Assembly: GCA_002159065.1 (NCBI GenBank)
Contig: LZRV01000077.1
Location: forward strand, 12,476 to 76,475
Direction of reading: 5' to 3'
DNA length: 64,000 nt
Source of the DNA: Paenibacillaceae bacterium ZCTH02-B3
Lineage (GTDB): Bacteria > Bacillota > Bacilli > Paenibacillales > Paenibacillaceae
Below are positions 18,815 through 29,198 of the stretch, piece after piece (position 1 is the stretch's first letter; the number at the start of each line of letters is the position of its first letter). A program made the position numbers and the translations under genes. The notes beneath the pieces were generated by a model. It made no database searches. It was not told the DNA's origin and saw nothing but the letters and a program-made list of their open reading frames with translations.

Positions 18815-19611
18815 GGGACCACCGCCTCCAGCCAGCGCAGCGTCCCGCCGTAGGTCCGGGCGAGATTGTCGCGGGTGAACGTTTCTTCCGTCGGGCCGTG
18901 GGCGATGACCGTACGGTTGAACAGCAACACATGATCAAAATAATCCCGCACCGTATGCAGATCGTGGTGGACGACCAGCACGGTCTTGCCCCTGTTTTTC
19001 AGGTCGCGCAGCGTCTCCATGATCGCCCACTCCGTCGCCGCGTCCACGCCGGCCAGCGGTTCGTCCAGAAAATAGAGGTCCGCGTCCTGCACCAGCGCGC
19101 GGGCGAGGAATACCCTCTGCTGCTGTCCTCCCGACAGCTGGCTGATCTGCCGTTTGGCCAGATGTTCGATGCCCATTTTCTCCATCGCGGCCAGGGCCAG
19201 TTCCCGGTGCCGCCGGCGCGGCCACCTCAGCCAGCCGATCTGGCCGTACAGCCCCATCATGACCACGTCGAGGGCGTCGGCCGGAAAGTCCCAGTCCACC
19301 GCCCCCCGCTGCGGCACATACCCGACGCGGGATTTTACCTTTTGATAGGTGGTCCCGAAAAACGACACCGTCCCCGTCAGCCTCGGGTGCAGGTCCAGCA
19401 TCACCTTCAGCAGCGTGGACTTGCCCGCCCCGTTGGGACCGACGATGCAGGTCAGGGTGCCGCGGCCGACGGAAAAATTCACGTCCGCCAGCACCGGATT
19501 TTTCCGGTAGGCGGCGGACAGATCGCGGACCTCAAGCACCGGTTCCGCCGGGCCCGACCCGACGGTCCGCCGCGCCTGCCCCGTCTCCTCCAACCACTGT
19601 TCCGTTTTCAC
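18811..19611 (-). CDS. mntB: Metal ABC transporter ATP-binding protein
   Basis: Walker A GPNGAGKST, signature LSGGQQQR, Walker B LYFLDEP. Confidence 0.9.
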   Translation of the reverse strand: MKTEQWLEETGQARRTVGSGPAEPVLEVRDLSAAYRKNPVLADVNFSVGRGTLTCIVGPNGAGKSTLLKVMLDLHPRLTGTVSFFGTTYQKVKSRVGYVPQRGAVDWDFPADALDVVMMGLYGQIGWLRWPRRRHRELALAAMEKMGIEHLAKRQISQLSGGQQQRVFLARALVQDADLYFLDEPLAGVDAATEWAIMETLRDLKNRGKTVLVVHHDLHTVRDYFDHVLLFNRTVIAHGPTEETFTRDNLARTYGGTLRWLEAVVP

Positions 19612-19630
19612 CCCGTCCGCCTTCCTTTCG

Positions 19631-20620
19631 TCAGCCTTCCCCGCCGCTCAGCGCGCGGGTAATGGTCTCCACGTTGTGGCGAAACATCCCGAGATACGTG
19701 CCTTCTTCCGTCCCGGCCGTTCCCATGGCGTCGGAAAACAGCTCCCCGCCCGGCCGGACGTTAAGTCCCCGCTCCTTCGCGCCTTCGATGACGGCCCGGA
19801 TGGCCGCGGGATTGACGCTGCTTTCCACAAACACCGCGGGAACCTGATACTCGGCCAGGAGTTCGATGGTGTTGTCAATATTCGTCAGGCCGACCTCGTC
19901 TTCCGTGCTCAGCCCCTGCAGGCCCACCACCCGCAAGCCGAGCATGCGGCCGAAATATCCGAAGGCGTCGTGCGCCGTCACCAGCACGCGCTGTTTTTCC
20001 GGAATTTGCGCCACCATTTCCTCCGCTTCCTTCCGCAGCGCGTCCATCCGGGCAAAATAGGCCGCCTTGTTCGCTTCGAAATACGCCGCGTCCCGCGGGG
20101 AAATGCGCTTCAGCTCCTCGACCGCCGCCGCGAGCGCCTTTTTCCACAGGCCGATGTCAAACCACACGTGGGGGTCGATCGCCCCCTGCTCGTCACGCAG
20201 CAGCTCTTCCTCCGGAATCGTCTCTGCGATGGCGAGAACCGGAACGGCTTTGCCCAGTTCCTCGAACACCCTGAGCATGTTGGCTTCCAGATGCAAGCCG
20301 TTGTAGAATACCGCGTCGGCGTTCGCCAGCTTCCGGATGTCGCTCGGCGCCGCCTGGTACAGGTGCGGGTCCACCCCCGGTCCCATCAGGCTTTGCACGG
20401 CGACCCGGTCGCCCCCGATGACCGACAGGGGTTCGGCGATCTGCGCGATGGTGGTCACCACGCGGATTTTGTCTTCCGACCCGCCGAAGGTTTGATCCCG
20501 ACCGTTTCCCACGAACCCGCACGACGCGGCGAGAAGCAGAACCGCGAGCCACGCGGCGGCACGCGCGAGACGCCGGCCCGTTCGTCCGAACCGATCCCCG
20601 AAGCGATCCCTCCCGGACAT
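19631..20620 (-). CDS. mntA: Metal-binding lipoprotein, TroA/ZnuA/MntA cluster-9 family
   Basis: Lipobox LLLAASCG. Motifs include DPHLYQA, DPHVWFD and VTAHDAFGYFG. Confidence 0.85.
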   Translation of the reverse strand: MSGRDRFGDRFGRTGRRLARAAAWLAVLLLAASCGFVGNGRDQTFGGSEDKIRVVTTIAQIAEPLSVIGGDRVAVQSLMGPGVDPHLYQAAPSDIRKLANADAVFYNGLHLEANMLRVFEELGKAVPVLAIAETIPEEELLRDEQGAIDPHVWFDIGLWKKALAAAVEELKRISPRDAAYFEANKAAYFARMDALRKEAEEMVAQIPEKQRVLVTAHDAFGYFGRMLGLRVVGLQGLSTEDEVGLTNIDNTIELLAEYQVPAVFVESSVNPAAIRAVIEGAKERGLNVRPGGELFSDAMGTAGTEEGTYLGMFRHNVETITRALSGGEG

Positions 20621-20658
20621 GTGATTTCCCTCCGCTCCGGTCTGTATGCCGGATTTGC

Positions 20659-20687
20659 AAAATATGACGCTCTTAATTTATGCTCAA
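20659..20687 (-). promoter_or_regulatory. Candidate sigma-A promoter of the mnt operon
   Basis: On the minus strand: TTGAGC (20687-20682), 17-nt spacer, TATTTT (20664-20659). The -35 element sits in the second copy of an exact 13-bp tandem duplication (20676-20701). Confidence 0.45.
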
Positions 20688-20774
20688 GATTTATGCTCAA
20701 GGCCAAATGTTTTTGCATAAGGCAAACTTTTTTTATTGATTAAAAATAATGGCCCCGGGCCATTTTGTCAAGCG

Positions 20775-20814
20775 AAAAAAGCCCGCAAGCGGACCTTCTT
20801 CCGCTTTTGCGGGC
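20775..20814 (-). terminator. Rho-independent terminator of the MATE gene
   Basis: Stem GCCCGCAAGCGGA / TCCGCTTTTGCGGGC with one bulge. On the minus strand it is followed by TTTTTT (20780-20775). Confidence 0.75.
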
Positions 20815-20918
20815 TGATCTTTTCCATTTGCCGGCCGATTATACGGCGCCACAGGCTGCTTTTCGCCGATGACGGCTTTTTTCACCTCACCGGCCGCCCA
20901 GCCTATGCGGGGCCGTCC

Positions 20919-22322
20919 TCACCGGCCGCCCTGACCGCCCTTCGCCGGTTGCGCCTCCCGCATGCGCACGGCGCTCCAGTCGTTGCGGTAGTAGCGGATG
21001 GTCACCGCCAATCCCAGCAGCGTGACGAACGTGTACAGCGCCACCCAGGCGCCGATGCTTCCCCAGCCCAGCACCTGCACGAACAGCCACGTCACCGGCA
21101 CGAAATACGCGAAGTTGAGCAGCAGCGACACCTTCATCAGGAACGACGTGTCGCCGATGCCGCGCAGTCCCCCGGCGTAGAAATTGAACAATCCGTCGAA
21201 AATCTGCAGATACGCGGAAATGGAAATCAGGTACGCGGCCAGCTCGTATACCGTCGGGTCGTCGGTATAAATCCGCGCGATCGGCTCGGCCCAGATCAGC
21301 TCCGCCGTGCCCAGGAGCAGAAGGAACAGCGTGCCCAGGATGGCCGTGTCCGTCCCCGCGCGGCGGGCCGCCCTTCCGTCGCCCCGGCCGACGGCCTGGC
21401 CGACCAGGATGGTGGCCGTTGTGCCGAAGGCAAACGCCGGCATGAACCCGATGGACATGACGTTCAGCGCCACCTCGTTGGCGGCCAGCGCCCGGTCGCC
21501 CAGCCGGGCCACGAACATGGTAAAAATGTACATGGACACGCTCATGGAAAATTCCATCAGGCCGAGCTTACCGCTTTCCCTGGCCATCAGGCCGGCTTCC
21601 CGCCAGGACAGGCGCAGGATCCGGCGGGTACCGAACTGCCCGTGCATAAGCCCCCAGAACACGAAGGCGCAGATGGCAAACTGCAGCGCCTCCCCTACCA
21701 GAAACGCATATCCCGCCCCGATCAGGCCGAGCGCCGGCAAGCCCCAGTGCCCGTACGTCCACGCGTAGCAAAGGGCGAGCATCGCCGCGTTGGACACGAC
21801 CGACACGATCATGGACACCCTCGTGTTGCCCACGCCGCGGAAAAATCCATGGAACACGAAGCTCAGGGTGCCGAAGGCCATGGCGTAAAAACGAAGCTGC
21901 AAAAACTTCGTTCCGTCCGCCACCAGATCCGCCGATCCGCCCGTCAGCCGCAGCACCGCTTCGCTGCCGGCCCATCCGGCCGCCGCCACCAGGATGGCGA
22001 CGGCGAAGGCCGTAAGCAGCGCAATCTGCGTCCGCTGCAGCCCCTTGTCCATGTCGCCGGCTCCATAGTTTTGCGCCACCAGGTAGTTGACGGTATGCCC
22101 GATGCCCGAAAACAGGGCGAACACGTTGTACATGATGATATTGACGACGCCCATGATCGCGATGGCGAGATAGCCGAGGTCGCCGATCATGATGAGCACG
22201 ATGGTCCAGGTGAGGGTCTGCGTCGCAAAGGCAAAAAGGGAAGGCAGGCCGAGGGACAGGATCTGTTTCCATGTCTCCAGCATGCGCCGCAAAGAGGCTG
22301 ATATGAATGGAATGGACGCCAT
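20919..22322 (-). CDS. MATE family efflux transporter
   Basis: 467 aa with 12 TM segments and a typical MATE N-terminus (LSLGLPSLFAFATQTLTWTIVLIMIGDLG, VAQNYGAGD). Confidence 0.9.
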   Translation of the reverse strand: MASIPFISASLRRMLETWKQILSLGLPSLFAFATQTLTWTIVLIMIGDLGYLAIAIMGVVNIIMYNVFALFSGIGHTVNYLVAQNYGAGDMDKGLQRTQIALLTAFAVAILVAAAGWAGSEAVLRLTGGSADLVADGTKFLQLRFYAMAFGTLSFVFHGFFRGVGNTRVSMIVSVVSNAAMLALCYAWTYGHWGLPALGLIGAGYAFLVGEALQFAICAFVFWGLMHGQFGTRRILRLSWREAGLMARESGKLGLMEFSMSVSMYIFTMFVARLGDRALAANEVALNVMSIGFMPAFAFGTTATILVGQAVGRGDGRAARRAGTDTAILGTLFLLLLGTAELIWAEPIARIYTDDPTVYELAAYLISISAYLQIFDGLFNFYAGGLRGIGDTSFLMKVSLLLNFAYFVPVTWLFVQVLGWGSIGAWVALYTFVTLLGLAVTIRYYRNDWSAVRMREAQPAKGGQGGR

Positions 22323-22516
22323 AACCAGCTTCCTTTGATTCCAATGATCCTCCTATTCTCCAATGAAACCGCGCCGGTGTCAACGGCAGCGAATCCGGCC
22401 GGTTCGGCGATCCGCAAAGTTTTCGGACATAAGGTCCGAATGGCGACCGAAAATCGGGCCGTTTTCCATTTTTTCGGACATCCGTCCGAAAAAAAGCCGC
22501 CTCGGACGCTTCATCC

Positions 22517-23785
<1,269 letters not shown>

Positions 23786-23840
23786 GGCTCACAGGAGCTT
23801 GCGAATTCTCCGGCTACGGAGGAAAAAAGGGGCACAAGCC

Positions 23841-25145
23841 ATGCTCATGGTCGACCTGATTGCGAAAAAACGCGACGGCGCGGAACTTTCGAAGGAAGAA
23901 ATCGAGTTTATTGTGGAAGAATACACCCGGGGCGGCATACCCGACTACCAGATGTCCGCGTGGGCGATGGCCGTCTTCTTCCGGGGCATGACGCCGGCGG
24001 AGACGGCGCACCTGACGATGGCGATGGCCCGTTCGGGCGACACCGTCGACCTGTCCCGCATCCGCGGGGTGAAGGTGGACAAGCACAGCACCGGCGGCGT
24101 CGGCGACAAAACCACGCTGGTGGTCGCGCCGCTGGTCGCCGCCGCGGGCGTCCCCGTGGCCAAAATGTCGGGCCGGGGCCTTGGTCATACGGGCGGCACC
24201 ATCGACAAGCTGGAGTCGATCCCCGGTTTCGCCGCCGAACTTTCCCCGGACGCCTTCGTCGAGCAGGTGAACCGCATCGGCATCGCCGTCGTCGGGCAAA
24301 CGGGAAATCTTACACCCGCGGACAAGAAACTTTACAGCCTCCGCGACGTGACCGCCACCGTCAATTCCGTCCCGCTTATCGCCAGCTCCGTCATGAGCAA
24401 AAAAATCGCCGCCGGCGCCGACGCCATCGTGCTGGACGTGAAAGCCGGCTCCGGGGCGTTCATGAAAACCGTGGGGGAAGCCTGGAAGCTGGCCTCCGCG
24501 ATGGTGGACATCGGCCGTTCCGTCGGCCGGCGCACCGTGGCGGTCATCAGCAACATGGACCAGCCCCTCGGCCTTGCCGTGGGCAACGCGCTGGAGGTCC
24601 GGGAAGCCGTTGACGCGCTGCGCGGGGAAGGACCGGAAGACCTGACCCGTCTCGCCCTGACCCTGGGCGCCCATATGGTGGTGCTGGGCGGCAAGGCGGG
24701 CAGCTTCAAAGAAGGGTATGAAATGTTGGAAAAAATATTGAAAAGCGGCAAGGCGCTGGAGAAATTCCGGCAGTTCGTCGCGGCCCAGGGCGGAAATCCG
24801 GACGTGGCGGACCGGCCGGCGGAACTTCTGCCGAAGGCGCCGTACCGTGTCACGGTTCCCTCTCCCGCAGACGGGTTCGTCCACGGCATCCAGGCGGAAG
24901 AGATCGGCCTGGCCGCCATGACGCTGGGGGCCGGCCGCGCCACGAAAGAATCGTCCATCGATCCGGCAGTGGGCATCGTGTTGGCGAAAAAAATCGGCGA
25001 TCCCGTCCGGCGCGGGGAGATCCTCGCGATTCTTCACGCGGGCCGGGAAGACGTCACGGACATCCGGCAAAGAGTTGAACGCGCCTTCGACATCCGGCCC
25101 GAGCGCCGAAAGAAGCCCCGGCTCATCCACGGCGTTGTCGAGTGA
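23841..25145 (+). CDS. pdp: Pyrimidine-nucleoside phosphorylase
   Basis: Contains [26 protein letters not shown] and [16 protein letters not shown]. The start is taken at ATG 23841. Confidence 0.9.
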   Translation: MLMVDLIAKKRDGAELSKEEIEFIVEEYTRGGIPDYQMSAWAMAVFFRGMTPAETAHLTMAMARSGDTVDLSRIRGVKVDKHSTGGVGDKTTLVVAPLVAAAGVPVAKMSGRGLGHTGGTIDKLESIPGFAAELSPDAFVEQVNRIGIAVVGQTGNLTPADKKLYSLRDVTATVNSVPLIASSVMSKKIAAGADAIVLDVKAGSGAFMKTVGEAWKLASAMVDIGRSVGRRTVAVISNMDQPLGLAVGNALEVREAVDALRGEGPEDLTRLALTLGAHMVVLGGKAGSFKEGYEMLEKILKSGKALEKFRQFVAAQGGNPDVADRPAELLPKAPYRVTVPSPADGFVHGIQAEEIGLAAMTLGAGRATKESSIDPAVGIVLAKKIGDPVRRGEILAILHAGREDVTDIRQRVERAFDIRPERRKKPRLIHGVVE

Positions 25146-25259
25146 CGCATTTCGGCCGGGGCGTTCCCGGACCGGGCCGGACCGCCCGAAGTTCACCAGA
25201 CCGCCCGCCGGTCATCGGACTATCCGAAGGGGTATTGGCAAAAAGGGGAGTTTGGCGGC

Positions 25260-26435
25260 ATGAACTTTGAGAGAATCATCATCATCGTGCTGGACAGCGT
25301 CGGCATCGGCGAGCTGCCGGACGCCGCCGCCTTCGGGGATGAAGGCGCCCACACGCTGGGACATATCGTGGAGCGCGTACCGGATGTTCAGCTTCCGAAC
25401 CTGCGCGGGATGGGGCTGGCCAACATCGCGCCCCTCGGCGACTGGCCGCCCGAGCCTTCACCCGCCGCCTATTACGGCAAAATGGCGGAGGTCTCCGCCG
25501 GCAAGGATACGATGACCGGCCACTGGGAGCTGGCGGGCCTGGAAATCCGGACGCCGTTCCGCACGTTCCCGAACGGGTTTCCGGAAAAGCTGATCCGCGC
25601 CTTCGAAGAGGAAACCGGCCGCCCGGTCCTTGGCAACAAGCCCGCCTCCGGCACGGAGATCATCGCCGAGCTCGGCGAGACGCAAATGAAAACCGGCGCC
25701 TGGATCGTCTACACCTCCGCGGACAGCGTGTTCCAGATCGCCGCCCATGAGGAGGTCATCCCCCTCGAGGAGCTGTACCAGGCATGCCGCATTGCCCGCC
25801 GGCTCACCATGGCGGAGGAATACATGGTCGGGCGGGTGATCGCCCGGCCGTTCGTCGGCCAGCCGGGGGCGTTCGTGCGCACGCCCAACCGCCACGATTA
25901 CGCGGTAAAACCGCCCAAACCGACGGTGCTGAACGCGCTCAGGGACGGCGGATTCGACGTCATCGCCGTGGGGAAGATCAACGATATTTTCAGCGGCGAG
26001 GGGATTACCCGCGCCATCCCGACCAAGAGCAACGCCGACGGCATCCGGGCCTCGCTGGAGGAGCTCGCGGCACCGTTCCGCGGGCTGCTGTTCGTGAACC
26101 TCGTGGATTTCGACTCGCTGTACGGTCACCGCCGCGACCCGGTGGGCTACGCGCGGGCCCTGGAAGAATTCGACCGGGCGGTGCCGGATCTCGTATCCCG
26201 CCTGACGGAGCGCGACATGCTGGTCATCACCGCCGACCACGGCAACGATCCCGTCCATCACGGCACGGACCATACCCGGGAATACGTGCCGCTGCTGGTC
26301 GCCAGCCCCGCCTTCCGGCAGACCGGCGACCTGGGTGTCCGTTCCACCTTCGCCGATCTGGCGGCGACGGTGGCGGAGAACTTCGGCGTGTCCTTCGACA
26401 CCCACGGGCGCAGTTTCCTGAAAGAATTCAAATAG
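25260..26435 (+). CDS. deoB: Phosphopentomutase
   Basis: Contains [24 protein letters not shown] and ITADHGNDP. Confidence 0.9.
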   Translation: MNFERIIIIVLDSVGIGELPDAAAFGDEGAHTLGHIVERVPDVQLPNLRGMGLANIAPLGDWPPEPSPAAYYGKMAEVSAGKDTMTGHWELAGLEIRTPFRTFPNGFPEKLIRAFEEETGRPVLGNKPASGTEIIAELGETQMKTGAWIVYTSADSVFQIAAHEEVIPLEELYQACRIARRLTMAEEYMVGRVIARPFVGQPGAFVRTPNRHDYAVKPPKPTVLNALRDGGFDVIAVGKINDIFSGEGITRAIPTKSNADGIRASLEELAAPFRGLLFVNLVDFDSLYGHRRDPVGYARALEEFDRAVPDLVSRLTERDMLVITADHGNDPVHHGTDHTREYVPLLVASPAFRQTGDLGVRSTFADLAATVAENFGVSFDTHGRSFLKEFK

Positions 26436-26449
26436 GAGTGAAACAAGCC

Positions 26450-27274
26450 TTGACCCACGCAAGCAAAACCATGGTCGACGAGGCCGCGGCCTTCATTGCT
26501 TCGAAAAGTTCCATCCGTCCAGAAATCGGTCTCATCCTCGGTTCCGGGCTGGATGTGATGGGCGACCGAATGGAAAACGCCGTCCGGCTGCCCTACCCGT
26601 CCATCCCGCATTTTCCGCGGTCCACCGTGGCCGGCCATGCCGGCGAATGGGTACAGGGCGTCCTGGAAGGCCGGCCGGCGGTGATCATGCGCGGGCGTTT
26701 TCACCTGTACGAAGGCTACACGCCGCAACAGGTGGCGCTGCCCGTCCGCGTCATGAAGGCGCTGGGCGCGCGGACGCTGGTCGTCACCAACTCCGCCGGC
26801 GGCATCAACGCCGATTTCCGGCCGGGGGATCTCATGCTGATCGCCGACCATCTCAACCTGACGGGCCGCAACCCGCTGGTCGGCCCCAACGAGGACGCCT
26901 TCGGCCCCCGCTTCCCGGACATGTCCGAAGCCTACAGCCGCCGACTGCGCCGGCTGGCCCGGGAAACGGCCGCGTCCCTGGGCATCTCCCTGCGCGAGGG
27001 CGTGTACGCCGGCCTGCTCGGACCGAGTTATGAAACGCCGGCCGAGATCCGAATGCTGCGCGCCCTCGGCGCCGACGCCGTCGGCATGTCCACCGTCACG
27101 GAAGTGATCGCGGCGCGCCACGCCGGCATCGAGGTTCTCGGCATCTCCTGCATCAGCAACATGGCCGCCGGCATGCTGGACCAACCGCTGTCCCACGAGG
27201 AAGTGCTGGAAACGTCGGAACGGGTGAAGGAAACGTTTCTTTCCCTGCTTCTCGCATTGCTGCCGAAACTATAA
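26450..27274 (+). CDS. punA: Purine nucleoside phosphorylase (PNP family 2, PunA/PupG type)
   Basis: AGGAGTG lies 7 nt before TTG 26450. Motifs include LGSGL, STVAGHAG, RFHLYEGY, VTNSAGGIN and GMSTVTEV. It is the in-frame C-terminal part of a spurious 496-aa track ORF. Confidence 0.9.
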   Translation: MTHASKTMVDEAAAFIASKSSIRPEIGLILGSGLDVMGDRMENAVRLPYPSIPHFPRSTVAGHAGEWVQGVLEGRPAVIMRGRFHLYEGYTPQQVALPVRVMKALGARTLVVTNSAGGINADFRPGDLMLIADHLNLTGRNPLVGPNEDAFGPRFPDMSEAYSRRLRRLARETAASLGISLREGVYAGLLGPSYETPAEIRMLRALGADAVGMSTVTEVIAARHAGIEVLGISCISNMAAGMLDQPLSHEEVLETSERVKETFLSLLLALLPKL

Positions 27275-27748
27275 ATGGGAATCGCAAGACGAAGGTTTTG
27301 GGCCATGGAATTCCGCTCGCGGTTCGACAACGCCTTCATCATCTTCCTGGCAGCCATCACGGTCCTGATCCTGGCCGTCTGTTTCCTTCCGATGGCGCTG
27401 GACAGGGAGGCCCGGGAAGCTCTGCCCGTGATCGCGCCCCTGTGCGTGCTGACGCTCGGTTTTCTTGCATGGAACACGTTATCGATCAAATACGTCCTCA
27501 CCATGGACTATCTCTATGTCCAGGGCGGACCTTTCCGCAGCCGGATTCCTTACGGCGACATCACCCGGGTCGCGCCGACCCGCAACGTGTGGTACGGCTA
27601 CCGGCTGACCACCGCCTTCGACGCCATCGAGATTTTCTACCGCAAGGGCCTGCTGGGCAGCGTCAAGATCACGCCGCGGGACCCTGAACGCTTCATCGCC
27701 GAACTCAAAAAGCGCTGTCCCAACGCCGTTTTCGAACCCCTCCGCTGA
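27275..27748 (+). CDS. Membrane protein with bacterial PH domain (bPH_4/DUF1200-like)
   Basis: Two TM helices are followed by YVLTMDYLYVQGGPFRSRIPYGDITRV...DAIEIFYRKG...VKITPRDPERFIAELKK. The start could be ATG 27305. Confidence 0.6.
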   Translation: MGIARRRFWAMEFRSRFDNAFIIFLAAITVLILAVCFLPMALDREAREALPVIAPLCVLTLGFLAWNTLSIKYVLTMDYLYVQGGPFRSRIPYGDITRVAPTRNVWYGYRLTTAFDAIEIFYRKGLLGSVKITPRDPERFIAELKKRCPNAVFEPLR

Positions 27749-27773
27749 CCCGGCCATTCCGCCCGCAACGCCA

Positions 27774-27964
27774 GCGGACTTCTGGTCCGTTATAATTAGT
27801 TGAAAACGATTTCTTAAAAATCTTACGGACATCCTGTCCGTTAGGCGTTACTGCGACCGTTTGAAACCGCTTACACCAATACCCGTTGCCGCCCTAACGG
27901 ACCCAATGTCCGTAAGAATTCCAATCAGGGCCGGTTCCCCGCTTCTTGCGGACTATATGTCCGT
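27774..27964. repeat. Four copies of a 17-bp palindrome RCGGAC-N5-GTCCGT in a gene-free spacer
   Basis: Copies lie at 27774-27790, 27825-27841, 27897-27913 and 27948-27964, with spacing 51/72/51. Copies 2 and 3 lie within 24-nt inverted arms (27822-27845 and 27893-27916). Confidence 0.85.
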
Positions 27965-28009
27965 TGGCGCCATCCCCGGTTGGCGCCATCCCCGGTTGGC
28001 GCCATCCCG
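27962..28009. repeat. Three tandem 16-bp units GGTTGGCGCCATCCCC
   Basis: Direct reading of cgttggcgccatcccc ggttggcgccatcccc ggttggcgccatcccg. Confidence 0.9.
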
Positions 28010-28097
28010 TTCCGCGCTCCCGTCCGCACCCGCCTCAATTCCGACATCCGCTCCTCCGTCCTCCGCCGAAGGACCAAAATTTACAGGCAGTCGCGCC

Positions 28098-29150
28098 TCA
28101 ATATCTCCGGTTCGGCAGCTCCTGCGCCGCCGTCGCCTGCGTGAACACCGTCTCGGAAGACACGATGCGCTTCGGCAGCGAGCGTCCTTCCATGATTTCC
28201 TGGACCGCCTGCATGATTTGCGGGCCGATGAGCGGGTTGCACTCGACCACGAAATTGAACTCGCCGGCCGCCAGTTTCTCCAGCGCCCTGCGGGATCCGT
28301 CCACGGAGATGATGATGATGTCCTTGCCCGGCCTGAGGCCGTATTCCTTGATCGCTTCCACGGCGCCTAGGGCCATGTCGTCGTTATGGGCGAACAGCAC
28401 GCGGATTTCGCCGCCCCTCTCCCGCAGAAACTGTTCCATCACCTGCCGGCCGCCTTCCACCGTGAAATTGGCGTGCTCGCTCAGGATGATCTCGAAATCC
28501 TCCCGCTCCCGGATGATGTCCCGGAAGCCCTTGGCGCGTTCGATGGTGGGGGAGGAGCCTTCCGTTCCCTTGAGCTCCGCGATCCGGATGGGACCCGGTT
28601 CGTCCCGCATGTAATCCCGCAAGAATTTCCCGGCTTTCCGGCCTTCCTCGTAAAAATCGGAACCGATAAACGTCACGTACAGGGACTGGTCGCTGATTTT
28701 CATCTCGCGGTCGACCATGATCACCGGAATGCCCGCCTGTTTCACTTCCCGCAGGATCGGTTCCCATCCCGTCTCGATGACCGGCGCGATGGCGATGACG
28801 TCCACCTTTTTCTCGACGAAGGAACGGATCGCCTCGAACTGCTTTTCCTGGGATTGCTCCGCGTTTTCAAACAAGAGTTCGATACCCGCTTCCGCGGCGG
28901 CCTCCTTCACCGATTCGCTGTTCGCGTTGCGCCAGTCACTTTCCGATCCGAGCTGGGAGAAGCCGAGCGTGATGGGACGCCTGGAGACGGTGACCGAAGA
29001 CGGTTCCTCGGCGGTTACGACAACGGTCTGCCCCGAAGCGTCGGGCGTCCTTTCCGGCGGAAGCCCGGCCTCCTTCTTGTTGCAAGCCAGCAGCAAAAAA
29101 ATCATGAGAGGCCATACCCACATTGCCGTCCGTCGTCCGTGCATGTCCAT
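28098..29150 (-). CDS. Periplasmic sugar-binding lipoprotein (YtfQ-like, PBP type I), paralogue of 35206-36354
   Basis: Lipobox LLLACN. It shares the blocks LGFSQxGxESxWRxAN, AIRSFxxKKVDVIA, AGIPVI, AHNDDMALGA, FNFVVECNPLIGPQ and LPNRxY with the transporter SBP. Confidence 0.85.
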   Translation of the reverse strand: MDMHGRRTAMWVWPLMIFLLLACNKKEAGLPPERTPDASGQTVVVTAEEPSSVTVSRRPITLGFSQLGSESDWRNANSESVKEAAAEAGIELLFENAEQSQEKQFEAIRSFVEKKVDVIAIAPVIETGWEPILREVKQAGIPVIMVDREMKISDQSLYVTFIGSDFYEEGRKAGKFLRDYMRDEPGPIRIAELKGTEGSSPTIERAKGFRDIIREREDFEIILSEHANFTVEGGRQVMEQFLRERGGEIRVLFAHNDDMALGAVEAIKEYGLRPGKDIIIISVDGSRRALEKLAAGEFNFVVECNPLIGPQIMQAVQEIMEGRSLPKRIVSSETVFTQATAAQELPNRRY

Positions 29151-29198
29151 CCCTCCACGATCGCGCGGGGTGTTGCCTGCTGCCGGAGATCAACCCTC

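Noticed and set aside
20748-20764. Palindrome AATGGCCCCGGGCCATT upstream of the mnt promoter, considered as a metalloregulator operator
   Set aside because: It is GC-core rich and unlike Fur/Zur/MntR boxes I know. It lies next to the MATE terminator and may simply be a secondary hairpin. There is not enough evidence for any call.
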